Assembly (NCBI GenBank): GCA_964016885.1 | Contig: OZ024747.1 | Span: 61,504,001-61,568,000, forward strand | DNA from: Eledone cirrhosa | Taxonomy: Eukaryota | Reading direction: 5' to 3' | Length of the DNA stretch: 64,000 nt | Translations under genes and position numbers: made by a program | Shown here: one piece after another, positions 38,074 through 51,290 of the stretch | How positions within the stretch are numbered: the stretch's first letter is position 1 | Layout of the letters: every line of letters begins with the position of its first letter | The notes under the pieces: model-generated | Database searches by the model: none | The model's input: the letters and a program-made list of their open reading frames with translations, nothing else | What the model was told of the DNA's origin: nothing

Positions 38074-38659
38074 AATATGGTTTTATAAATATAGTTTCCA
38101 TTTGTTTAATATCGTATATCTACTCCAAAAACTTGTCGAGTGCTTTATATCAGTTATAAAATATTTACTTGTTGTAACCCAACAATTTTAAATAAAACTT
38201 TTGCATATATATATTTATATATATAATATACATTCATACATATATATAAATATATAAATATATGTACATAAACAATTATATATACATACACATATATATA
38301 TATATATATATATACATACATATAGGAACGAGTAGGACCCCGACGGCGGAGCTCAAGCCGTTTCGACGGCTAATTCTGGACTAAAAATCCCACTCTACTA
38401 CCCTAAGTATTGAGTACTTTGGTGCGTTATGGTCCATCTGGTTCCTTACCACATTTCCTTCGTTATACATACATATATATATACATACATATATATATAC
38501 ATACATATATGAACATACTCATGTATATATATCATAGATATATATAACACCACAAGTGATAATGTCTATTCATTTAGAACAGTGTGTTGTATGCGACTGT
38601 GAATGCGTATATGTGTACTACACACATGTATGTGTGCGTCTCTTTTTGTGCTACACACA

Positions 38660-39400
38660 CTCACACATATGTATACATACATTATATCAATATATACACC
38701 ACATGCATACACGCATATACACATACATACGTACATACGCACATACATACATACCCACACACATACATACACATTCATATATACACATACATATATACAC
38801 GCACACATATACACGCATACATACATACACACGCATATACACACTCAAACATACATACACTCACACACACACACATACATACACATTCATATATACATAC
38901 GTATATACACATACATATAAACACGCACACATACACGCATACATACATACACACTCAAGCATACATACACTCACACACATACACATTCATATATACATAC
39001 GTATATACACATACATATATACACGCACACATATACACACATATACACTCAAACATACATACACTCACACACACGCATACATACACATTCATATATACAT
39101 ACGTATATACACATACATATAAACACGCACATATATACACGCACACATACATACATACAGACACACTCAAACATACATACACACACACACACATATACAC
39201 ACTCAAACATACATACACACACATACATACACACATCACACATATACACACTCAAACATACATACACACACACATACACATACACACTCAAACACACATA
39301 GACACACTCACACGCATGCACCCCCACCCCACCCCCACACATGCACCCCCACCCACCACCCCACACATGCACCCCCACCCACCACCCCACACACATATAC
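38660..39400. repeat. Compound (CA)/(CATA) microsatellite
   Basis: Direct reading. Confidence 0.9.
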
Positions 39401-40024
39401 AAGAGAGAGTGTGTATGTATACATATGTCAACTTACAAATTAATAACATCTCTACGAAGGGACAACTAAATGTAGAGAAATAGTCACATGATCAAATCTT
39501 CTGCATCGTTACACATATTTTTAATATCTGGATTACATTTATATTCACTTTATCCCTGTTGGTGGTGGTGGTGGTGTTGATGGTGGAGGTGGCGGCGGTA
39601 GTGGTGGTGTTGGTGGTGGTATGGTGGTAGTGTGGTATATTGTGGTAGTGTTAGTGGTGGTAGTGGTGGTGGTATGGTGGTAGTGTTGATGTTTGAGCAA
39701 CAAAAGTTAAATGAAACTAGAACTACAAATTAATATAAAACTGTTCATAATTGTTCAATTGAAGATATTTCTAAAATAAGAATTTCTGTGTTATTGATTG
39801 CTTTATTTATTAGTGTACAATTGAGGTGTTAGACAACTGACAACAGGGTTATTAGATTTAACTTAACTAGGCAATGCTATTATTTACACACTTTTGAGCA
39901 TCGGACAGTAGAGCATCGGACACCATGCTTCATAGCATAGAGTTATGGCCCTTTATGTTCTGAGTTCAAATCCCACCAAGGTTAGCTTTGCCTTTCATCC
40001 TTACAGGGTCGATAAAATAAAATA

Positions 40025-40207
40025 CTGGACGACAACTCATTCAGTCTGTCATAATAAAAATAAAAATAAAGATGGCCACCAGAAGTTGAATTACCTGCCT
40101 TTGTTTGAACTCTCAAGCTATATTCAGAAAGAAAACCAAATTCAACTTCTGGCGGCCATCTTTATCTTTATTTTTCTTATGACAAGCTGAATGAGTTGGG
40201 AGTCCAG
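40025..40207. mobile_element. MITE-like element with ~65 bp terminal inverted repeats
   Basis: ctggac...aactcattcag...aaagatggccaccagaagttgaatt / aattcaacttctggcggccatcttt...ctgaatgagtt...gtccag; truncates a family A SINE (39900-40024). Confidence 0.8.
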
Positions 40208-41393
40208 AACCTGAGGAAGCTTAAGTACCTGTTTATGTCACTACTTTCATAAGAGTGAGTACATTTTAGATTCTATCCTACTTAGAACGAAAAACAAATC
40301 CATTACCTTCCCATTATGGAATAAATAAGCATCTATAGTAAAAGAATTTAATGATAAATAACATTTCAAATATACAGCAGAACTGCATCCCTTCCTAAGT
40401 AAAACTCTTCTTTAGAAACTCTTAATTTCCATCAAGAATTTTGTAACAAAATAATCTCACCCTTTCGTTGATAACTCATTCTAGGTTAAAAATAAAAAGA
40501 ACAGCAGAACCAAGTTGTTTAATGTCTTCATCAGACAGAGTTATGTAAAATACAAATATATATTTTGAAACTTCATATAGATTTCCTTTTGTAGCTTGCT
40601 AGTGGAGGGGGTTATACAGAGATGATGGCCTTGTTGTCTTGCATAACATTAGCAGTCACAATTTAGATAGATTTAGAAATGACTATAGATTTATTTAAGG
40701 GGAGTGATTGACCATTAAATATTCATGGGTCCCTTTGAATCTCTAGTCCACCACCAGTATCCTTGGCCTGGTGTACTAGCTGAACTCCCTATTTTTTGGC
40801 TCTGATATTGGTAAAGGAAATGATAGAAAAAGGATTTAGGAACTAGGTACACTAGGGTTCATGAAGCAGAGGTAGGTTGGAAAGAAAGGGATATGGGTTT
40901 GTAAAGGCCATAAGCCTCCACACCAAGGAAACTAAAAAGTAAAGGAACACAATCCCTTTGCATACTCCACTTCTTTTTCTACCACAGAGTACCAACATTA
41001 TATAGGGACTACACATAAATTATATAGGAACTATACAGGGGCTACTGGCATAATATAGGGATCTATATTAGAAGGCACGTGGTTGAATGGTTAGAGAATT
41101 AGATTCGCAATTGGGCAATGCGTTATGTCCTTGAGCAAGATACTTTATTTCATACTGTTTCTTCTGCCTGGATTTGTGACAGACAGACAGTATTAGCAAT
41201 TAGAAAGACCAATGGAAACATTGTTTCCTCGGTCCGATATGACGTGCTCCACCCCACTTGTTAAGCGAATGAGGTCTGGGATCCTGTCAATCGACTGTCA
41301 ATATAGGGGTCTCTAACATTGATAATAACTAAATGGAAGTAACAAAAATGGCTATGATGTGTTTGGCAGAGAGAGAGAGAGAGGGGGCGTTAA

Positions 41394-41778
41394 CCCTTTA
41401 GCATTTAAACAGGCCATATCCGGCCAGAATTCTCTCACCTCTTTCTGTTCAAACTGGCCACTCATACTGATGTTAAAGTATTGTTCTCACAATAAATATA
41501 AAATTCTCATAGATTCGATATTATGTGAGGTAAAGCCTTTATCATGAAAATATAATTGTTTCTACTTTAGGCACAAGGCCAGCAATTAACCAGTACATTA
41601 CTGGTACTTTATTTTATCGACCCCGTAAGGATGAAAGGCAAAGTCAACCTCGCTCAGATCGTAAAGGGACGTAACTATGCTGGAAAGCATGGCGTCCGAC
41701 TCTAACGATACTGCCAATCCACCGCCCTTTATCATGAAAATATAATAGTAAATATAGAGTAATGTAAATGCTAAAGGG
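41394..41778. mobile_element. piggyBac-type MITE with nested family A SINE (41557-41725, -)
   Basis: TTAA flanks; SINE bounded by 21-bp duplication cctttatcatgaaaatataat (41536-41556 / 41726-41746). Confidence 0.92.
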
Positions 41779-42049
41779 TTAAAGGTAGAGGATGCTGGAA
41801 TATAATTTGAAAAGGAAACAAAATAAAATTCTATCTGAGAGGGAAACTAAATAAAGTTAATAAGTATAGACATTGATTAGAAGCTTTATTGATGTTGACA
41901 ACAGCAACATTATCAAACTTATTTGGAGATGATATAAAAATATTATTATATAAAATTGAAACAATAAACAAGAGATAATAGACAAACATCCATTTAGTGT
42001 TGTTATCTCAAACTATCATTGAACGAGACATATTTAATGTCCATCAATC

Positions 42050-43345
42050 CCAACACCACTCCATCACCGACACCACCACCACTCCATCACCAACACCACC
42101 ACCACTCCATCACCGACACCACCACTCCATCACCACCCCCACTCCAACACCACTCCATCACCGACACCACCACCACTCCATCACCAACACCACTCCATCA
42201 CCGACACCTCCATCACCAACACCACCACCACTCCAACACCACCACCACCACCACTCCATCACCACCACCACCACCACTCCATCACCACCACCACCACCAC
42301 TCCATCACCAACCACCACTCCGACACCACCACCACTCCATCACCAACACCACCACCACTCCATCACCGACACCACCACAACAACAACTACATCTCACATA
42401 CTGATCATTATCACCATTACTACTACTACTAATAATAATAATACCACTACTACCACCACCACTACTACTACTACCATCATTATCACCACTACAACTCACA
42501 TACTGATCACTATCACCATTACTACCACTGTTACTACAACTACTACTGCTGCTACTACTACTACCACTGCCACCACTACTACTACCCCCACTGTTTCTAC
42601 TACTACCACCACCACCACCACCACCAACATTCTTATATAACACCACTACTACTATTACTACAACCATCACCATTATAAATAGACCATCATCACCATCACC
42701 ACCAATAATGTACACCACTACCACTCCCCTTAATATCACCCCCCCCCCTCCTCACTATTCTTACACCCAATAACAACTAGAGTCATCACCTCCCCTCCAT
42801 TTCCTCTTCTAACACCCCCACCCTAGCTACCTCCTCTACCACCACATTACCCAACATCCCTACACCCCCCTCATGCCACCACCAGTACCACCACATTACC
42901 CACCACCACCAGCACCACCACCATCACCGCCACACCACCACTACCACACCACCACTACCACACCACCACTACTACCACCACTACCACCACCACTACCACC
43001 ACCACTACCACACCACCACTACCACACCACCACCACCATCACCACCACCACACCACCACCACTACCACCACCACCACCACCACTACCACCACACCACCAC
43101 CACCACTACCACCACCACCACCACTACCACCACCACCACCACTACCACCACCACTACCACCACCATCACCACCACCACCACTACCACCACTACCACCACC
43201 ATCACCACCATCACCACCACTACCACCACCACCACCACCACACCACCACCACACCACCACTACCACACTACCACCACTACTACCACCACTACCACAACCA
43301 TACCACCACCACCACCACCACCACTACCACCACTACCACCACCCG
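42050..43345. repeat. (CAC/TAC)n degenerate tracts
   Basis: Direct reading. Confidence 0.9.
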
Positions 43346-43797
43346 ACATCCCTACTTTTGTTATCTCCCCACATAATTCTCTGCAGGAGAAAACAACATT
43401 GATATAATGTAATTACCTGACATAACTATTTCTTTCCTCCCCTCCCCCGTCTTTTTGTTCCTCTTCTTCTTAGCCTTTCCTTTCTCCTTCTTTACCCACT
43501 TGTTCTTCTTCTTCTTCTCCCCCCCTCCTCCTCTATCCACTTCTGTTAATTTCAAAAATTACCCCCTACCCCAGCTTAATCCACTTCCCATTACTTGGCA
43601 CCAACACACCAGCAACAACAACAACATCAACAACAATAACGCCATCGTCGTCATGTTGCTGCTGTCGTTGTCATCACATTTAATGGCTATTCTTCAGAGT
43701 GTTGTTAATATTATGTTGTTCCTATTATCAGTTCCTTCCTGTCAGTTGGATATCTACACATCTACAATAGAGTTTCTAGCTAAACATTTACTAACAA

Positions 43798-44850
43798 ACC
43801 ATACCACCTCAACAACACTGCCACCTCAACAACACTGCCACCTCAACAACACCACCACCTCAACAACACTACCACCTCAACAACACTACCACCTCAACAA
43901 CACCACCACCTCAACAACACTGCCACCTCAACAACACTGCCACCTCAACAACACCACCACCTCAACAACACTACCACCTCAACAACACCACCACCTCAAC
44001 AACACCACCACCTCAACAACACTGCCACCTCAACAACACTGCCACCTCAACAACACTACCACCTCAACAACACCACCACCTCAACAACACTACCACCTCA
44101 ACAACACCACCACCTCAACAACACCACCACCTCAACAACACTGCCACCTCAACAACACTACCACCTCAACAACACCACCACCTCAACAACACTGCCACCT
44201 CAACAACACTGCCACCTCAACAACACTACCACCTCAACAACACTACCACCTCAACAACACCACCACCTCAACAACACTACCACCTCAACAACACTACCAC
44301 CTCAACAACACCACCACCTCAACAACACTACCACCTCAACAACACTACCACCTCAACAACACTACCACCTCAACAACACTACCACCTCAACAACACTACC
44401 ATCTCAACAACACAACCACCTCAACAACACCACCACCTCAACAACACTACCACCTCAACAACACTACCACCTCAACAACACTACCACCTCAACAACACTA
44501 CCACCTCAACAACACTACCACCTCAACACTACCACCTCAACAAACCATACCACCTCAACAACACCACCACCTCAACAACACTACCACCTCAACAAACCAT
44601 ACCACCTCAACAACACTACCACCTCAACAACACTACCAACTCAACAACACTACCAACTCAACAAACCATACCACCTCAACAACACTACCACCTCAACAGC
44701 ACTACCACCTCAACAGCACTACCACCTCAACAACACTACCACCTCAACAGCACTACCACCTCAACAACACTACCAACTAAACAAACCCTACCACCTCAAC
44801 AGCACTACCACCTCAACAACACTACCACCTCAACAAACCATACCACCTTG
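43798..44850. repeat. 17-bp minisatellite ccacctcaacaacacta, ~60 copies
   Basis: Direct reading; the 441-aa ORF has a 17-aa period equal to three units. Confidence 0.95.
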
Positions 44851-45710
44851 ACAAAACATACCACCACCACTACCACAATACATAGAGAATACTAGTGTAC
44901 ATCATGTCACAATGGTATCTTTACAATTCCATCAGGGGTTGCAGGCCTACAATACAATATGATAGGGTACTACATAGTACTACAAGATGATTTGCAGTAT
45001 TTGTTTAGGCACTTTGCATTCTGAGTTCAAGTCCCTCTCTGGCCTACTTGGTTGATGGACTTGATCTGTTGCCCTGTTTAACAATACCACCTGACCCTTG
45101 GATGCTTTTAACACACTATCAGTGTTACAATTATTCAGGCCAGGTCTCTGATTTGGGGATAACTTTGTTCCCTCAAACCCATCTCAAGAAAAGGGGCATG
45201 TGTATTGCAGTTGTCTCCTTGCTAGGCAGTTAAAACAAATGTTATGTACTATATAGAATATATTATAAACATGGAATGCTGGAGTATTTCACAGCCATTT
45301 CATGGTGTGTAGATAGTAGAGTACAGAAATGAAAGGAGAAGTAGGTATAAGGTATTATACTCTCAGCAGATATGTTCTCCCTCCATATTTACTCCTCCCA
45401 GGTTTCATTCTCTGTCTAACTCTCTCATATATACAAGAGATGTCAACATGAATGGACCTGTTATTTTTCTCTAAAATAATTTGTTCCTGTTTCCACCCTG
45501 CCCGTCTCCTCAATCGTTTTATTTCTTCTTTAATTTCTCATTATTTCTTCTGATGTAACACTACAGGACCCCACAATAGCATTGCAAGGGCCCACTGTAG
45601 TATTTTAGGCACCAATGCTTTGATTTTAAAAATGTCTCAGAGAAAGAATAACATTTTTTTATAAATAAATAAACAAATAAGTAAAGCATTTGGTCAAACA
45701 ATTCCCTACG

Positions 45711-45742
<32 letters not shown>

Positions 45743-46026
45743 TTATTGAAATAACAGATTAAAGTTTAAGCAAAGAATTGCTGCTTTCACCCTTAACGGG
45801 ATCTTCTGTTATTTTAATAAATATTTGCTCTAGGGTTATATATTTGATATATATTTTTCCTTATCGAGCCCTCTTTGGATTTTAGTCTTCAAATTTATTA
45901 TTATTACTATATATATATAGATATATATATAATATTTTTCATCTTGACGTAATAGTCACTTATATGTCTGAATTACTGTTGGCTTCTTGCTTACATTAAT
46001 TTCTCTATTTTCATTTATATATATAA

Positions 46027-46365
46027 GGAGGCACATGGCTTGGTATGGTTTATTGATTTAGCCTTGCAATCGAAAGGTTGTGAGTTCAATTCTCAGACCG
46101 GGTATGTGTTGTTTCCTTGAGCAAGACACTTTATTTCACATTGCTCCAGTTTACTCAGCTGAAGAAATGAGATGATAGGGACTGGGGTCCCTATCATTCC
46201 ACTGCAAAGTGGTCGTGGAGGTGCCACACCAAAAAAGCACCCGGCACTCACTGTAAATGAGGTTGGTGTTAGGAAGGGCATCCAGCTGTAGAAATCAAGC
46301 CAGAATCAGTTCCCGTCCCACCCTTGCAAGCAGCGAAAAGCAGACGTAAAATGAATGAATGAATG
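46027..46365 (+). mobile_element. CORE SINE family B
   Basis: Colinear with 32639-32978. Confidence 0.9.
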
Positions 46366-47137
46366 AATATATATATGTGCATATGTCCATGTATGTATGC
46401 ATGAATACAGCTAGCCAGTAACTCTAACTGCTAGCACTATATATATATATACACACACGCATGCGCACACTGCCATGAGCTGCTGGCCAAATAACTTTTG
46501 ATATCAATGAGTTAAAGATATGTAAAATCAATTAGTGGTCAGTTCTTCAATCTAAAGTCCCATGAATCAAATAATGTTTGAACAAGTTGAAAACATGTAT
46601 GTATACATATATGTATAAATCTATATATACACATGTACACACACTCCCAGATAGGTAGATATATTTAGTGAGTGTGAAAGACCAATGTGTATACTTTTTA
46701 TTGGAGAAGGTAAGAGAGTATACTATACATTCACAATTATTTTAAAATTCAATTATAACATTCTGTATTAACATTTAGTATTACTGTACACTGCTAGTAA
46801 TATATACAGTATATATACACTGTAATTAGTAAAAAATACACAATTTTTTCCCCGCAAAAATTTTATTTCACTGTTTTGTTTTCACTTATGTATTTTTTGA
46901 AAATGTTATCTATTCATTATAAAAATTAAATGATAGCATTCTATATATGTGTGGGCCCCCTTTATCTTCTGGCAACCAATAATTTTAGTTCGCCATTGTA
47001 TGTATATATAGAAAAGGTGAAGGAAGGAAGAGTGCTCTATGTAAAGTACAGAGCTATTTAATTATGTAATAAACAACACAACACAATTATTCTATATACC
47101 AAAGACAGGCGACCTTAACAGAGGTGTACATATACAT

Positions 47138-47735
47138 GGTGGTGGCTGCCAACTCGTTTTCGAGTACAGCCACTACTTTATATCCATGTAGAACTCCTAC
47201 TGATGCGCTGAACAAGTGACTTTTTAGTCCAGCCAGCAACTTGAAAACTCTGGTACAAACACTACACTTGTGACAATTATTGACTGCTGGGCCCATGGTA
47301 CCATGTGACAAGTGCAGAGAGATCTGCAGATATAAAGCACTGCCTAGGCCGTGAAGCTTTTATAGTGAGCAAAGGCACTGCACAAAGCCAGTCCCACTCT
47401 CTTAATCAAGATGATATTTACCAAAAAGAAGAACAAGTCAACATCATTGGATATCATCAGGGTTGCAGGTGTTATATCAGAGTTTTCCTTCTCCTAGAAT
47501 TCTGCCTTGACAAAGGCTAAGGGGTCATCTCTCCCGGTGATTTTGGATGGCCATTGACTCTTAAGAGCTCCTTTGCCCTTTGACAGGTTTTGTTTTTAGT
47601 CCTGCAGGATGTCCAAAGTCACCCTCCTCACCAAGAAACCTTGGTGGGGTTGCCAGTTTAGTCGCCAACGACCCGACCATGAGACAGGTTGTACTGGGAT
47701 ACATGTTACCAGTAGCACCAACTGGTGACCTGACA
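47138..47735 (-). mobile_element. Non-autonomous RTE-derived element (~600 bp, longest close copy)
   Basis: Structured non-coding 5' part joined to CSVCTRVFKLLAGLKSH remnant and 3'UTR. Confidence 0.75.
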
Positions 47736-49480
47736 TATATATATATCATCACTGTTATTTTAATATCTGTTTTCCCTGCTAGCAAGGGTTGGATAGACCA
47801 ATTGCCATCTTGTCCATGGAGAATAGCTGAGATATACTAGCCAACCAAACATGTAGAGTTTGTTCCCACCTCATTTCTTCCTACATTCTTTGTAAATATA
47901 TACACAACTGAGAAGGACCTGTCCAACCCATGCAAACATGGAAAAGCGGATGTAAAAACGATGATGATGAAAAACTGAATATGAAATTTTCAATCAATGC
48001 ATTTTTCACTTTCAAAAGAAGACTTAAGTGGCAACAGAAAAATACTAAATTAATTGTTGAATCAATTCATTATTAAAGTTGGACATTTCTTTTAGAATTT
48101 GCTATGCCACATTGATATCAAATATATTATTCAAAATTCTAATTTCTGTCATATAATTTCTTATTCAAAATATATTATTCAAAATTCCTGCTAAGTCAAC
48201 AAAACTTAGGACACGCTGAGACAATGTTTCTAAATTTCTAGAAAATGGGATACAAATTATGATATTAATGAATGGTGACGCTAACATTTATTTCTATATT
48301 TATCTGTTTCAATTTTAGCTCTTTATGCATACAATTAACAATATCTTGAATATATGATGAATATATGTTGCATTTATTACAAGAAACCATACTGCTATAT
48401 GATAGAAGCATAACTATGTTCACATGTGGGATAAACTAGCATACACACACAGATACATATACACTTATATACTTACTTCACACATTCATGTCCACATGTG
48501 GGATAGACTAGCACATACACACGGATATATACATACACGCACATACACTTACTGTACACATTAAAATGTGGTAGACTAACATATACATATGCTTCATGTT
48601 CACATGTGGAATAGACTAGCACACACACATGGATATATACATACATACACTTACATCACACATTCATTTGTTCATATGTGGGATAGACTTACTTCACACA
48701 TTCACATGTGGTAGACTAACATATATACATACATACTTTACATACTCCAGATATGTTAAACATATACATACATACATGAATGCATTCATATACATACATA
48801 CATGAATACGAGCATATACATACATACATACATACACACACACACATTCACATATGGTTAACAGACATATATGCATAAATACTTCACTCGCTCCAAATGT
48901 GGAGTCACATGAAATAAAACTGTCTTGCTCAAGGACACAATGTGGTACAGTGAATTAAACTCAGGACCTTAGAATAGTGAGCCAAACACCTTAACCTTCT
49001 TTAATACATTTACAAATACAACATAAGATGGAAAAATGTATTAAGTTTTTCATACATAAATTTAAGCACACATACACACACACAGGGTTGGAGGTAGACC
49101 TTGAGGGGCCCAGGTCACTTCAGGTTTATACAGAAAAAAATTAGAATACACAGCCCCCCCCCCCCCCCCTCCATTTTACATTTCAAAGTTAGCTTGGTGC
49201 AAGTAATTGAAATTAAAAAGTTATACATACAGGTAATAAATTAAAAAATTCTAACCATCCTAAAACTAAAAAGCTCAGCTGAGGGAACAAATAAATTGCT
49301 ACAGCCGTTGCTGGTCGGGCCCCCCCACTGCAGGGGTCCGGGGAATTTGCCCCTTTACCCCCATTAAATCCTGTCCTACACACACAAACACACACATACA
49401 CATACCAAAGAGTAAAATTTTGTAATCAATATTCACTGAAAATGTATTCATAAAAATTCTTTTATCTCTGAATTTTTCAG

Positions 49481-49593
49481 GACTCTTGGCAGTTGTCTTG
49501 ATGAACAAGCCTTATGTTACACTTTGGAAGTATCTTTCTTCAGCTACATGAATCTATCAACTGGAACAGCACAACCTTACACTGAACAAGGAT
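49481..49593 (+). CDS. AGBL4: Internal coding exon of cytosolic carboxypeptidase 6-like protein (M14 family, tubulin deglutamylase)
   Basis: Acceptor tctctgaatttttcag; 113 bp reading g-TLGSCLDEQALCYTLEVSFFSYMNLSTGTAQPYTEQG-t, resembling vertebrate CCP6 as I recall it (LGGLLD..SYCYTLEVSFYSY......AVPYTEEAY) and including the catalytic Glu motif; donor at 49594. Confidence 0.88.
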
Positions 49594-49603
49594 GTATCCT
49601 TTT
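49594..49603 (+). promoter_or_regulatory. U12-type (minor spliceosome) 5' splice site
   Basis: GTATCCTTTT matches the RTATCCTTT consensus exactly where protein similarity ends. Confidence 0.85.
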
Positions 49604-50074
49604 TACCATTTACATTAGTCTATATTTGCTATTGTATTTTTGTGGTAAAAGCTTTATCTTACATAATGGACAAGCATGCCTTATTATGACACAAAATAAT
49701 GCCTTAACTCATTACTCTATATTTACAATTATATTTTCATGGTAAAGGCTTTCCCTCACATAATATGGAATCTATGAGATTTTGATGTTATTTATTTTGA
49801 GAACAATACCTTAACATTGGTATGAGTGGCTGATTACAATCGATTTACACCTTTAGCATTCACATTAATTTGTCAAATGTCATGTTTATCTATTCACATT
49901 ATTTTAAGTTAATCGTACTCAAGAGCGTTATCTATTTTATTTGCCTGTAATTTTCTTAATTTCTATGAGCAGACTTGAAATTTTGTCAGTAGATGTTTAA
50001 ATATTAATTTACAATTACATAGTTTTACCTAATTTTTTTGGTTAAATTTGACTTTTATGGGCAGGTGAAATTAA

Positions 50075-51005
50075 TTAACAGGGGCATTTGAAGTATCAAC
50101 TAGGTGTAAATACTGGTTTAATTTTAGATACCTTGTTTTCAGCATAATACTTGATATATTATTGTTTCTACTTTTTTGGCACAAGGCCAGCAATTACCCA
50201 GTACATTACCGGTACTTTATTTTATCAACCCCCGTAAGGATGAAAGGCAAAGTTAACCTCGTCGGGATTTGAACTCAGACCGTAAAGGGACGTAACTATG
50301 CTGGAAAGCATGGCGTCCGACTTTCTACCGACACTGCCAATCCACCGCCCTAAATAATTGTTTCTACTTTTGCAACAAGGCCAGCAATTACCCAGTGCAT
50401 TACTGGTACTTTATTTTATCGACCCCGTAAGGATGAAAGGCAAAGTCAACCTCGGCGGGATTTGAACTCAGATCGTAAAGGGACGTAACTGTGCTAGAAA
50501 GCATGGCGTCCGACCCTCTACCGATACTGCCAATCCACCGCCATTATATACTTGATATATAATGATCACAAAATATTATATCAGTGCTCCAGTAATTCCA
50601 CAGTGTTGGAAATTGTTTTATACTGAACATAACATTTATGCTAAATAATAGTTGCATTTCTGCAGCATCTGTCGGTCACCATAACAGATCGCGTTTTCCT
50701 CGATTTGAAATCTGTTGTTGGGCAAATCGATTAGTCTCTGCTGTCACAACTTTGAAGAAAGTTTGTGGCAAAAACAAACAGTCATAATCCAGTGCTTTTA
50801 GCATCGGGAGGTAATATGTGTTGTGGACGAGTATTTTGAATAAAATCAGGAACATGTATTGGTGTGTATTTTTCAATGGCGCCCTGGAGATCTCCTTTGC
50901 TTTCACTTTCAAAACAACAATCATCGTTGGATGAAATTTCAGAAATATATACGTCTGATTCATTTGAAGATAAATCACTAATATTATCTTTTGTCTTTTG
51001 TTCAT
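50075..51005 (-). pseudogene. piggyBac (DDE_Tnp_1_7-type) transposase fragment split by a SINE pair
   Basis: LFLPQTFFKVVTAETNRFAQQ...W*PTDAAEM...WNYWSTDIIFCDHYISSIMLKTRYLKLNQYLHLVD; frame is continuous once the SINEs and one target duplication are removed. Confidence 0.85.
50160..50545 (-). mobile_element. Two tandem family A SINEs inside one target site duplication
   Basis: Copies ~50160-50349 and ~50355-50543; atacttgatatat on both outer sides. Confidence 0.88.
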
Positions 51006-51076
51006 CGGATATGGTTGTTTAAATGCTAAAGAGTTAAATTTTTCTCTATTTTGGCAGAATTATTAAATCTTTTGAC

Positions 51077-51290
51077 ATAAAATGTACTCACATTTGCAGT
51101 AATAACTATAAAATGTACTCACATTTCCAGTACTAATTATAAAATGTACTCACATTTGCAGTACTAACTATGAAATGTACTCACATTTGCAGTAATAACT
51201 ATAAAATGTACTCACATTTGCAGTACTAATTATAAAATGTACTCACATTTGCAGTACTAACTATGAAATGTACTCACATTTGCAGTACAC
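51077..51290. repeat. 31-bp minisatellite, ~7 copies
   Basis: Unit aaaatgtactcacatttgcagtactaactat. Confidence 0.9.

Larger units (their letters stand above)
37751..38117. mobile_element. Near-perfect 180-bp-arm palindrome with two divergent hammerheads
   Basis: Arms 37751-37930 and 37939-38117 with 8-nt loop; right arm continues to ~38205 as in 36870-37240. Confidence 0.9.
49848..51033 (-). mobile_element. Internally deleted piggyBac element with transposase remnant
   Basis: Ends cctttagcattcacatt / gtttaaatgctaaagag-TTAA match the MITE termini. Confidence 0.8.

Noticed and set aside
43455-44780. 441-aa ORF
   Set aside because: Read-through of a stop-free 17-bp minisatellite cycling through all three frames
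47650-47732. HDV-like ribozyme at the 5' end of the RTE-derived element (minus strand)
   Set aside because: P2 (ccagt/actgg), P4 and a C-UAA junction are suggestive, but the P3 helix does not pair and P1 is only 5 weak pairs in this copy; needs a family consensus
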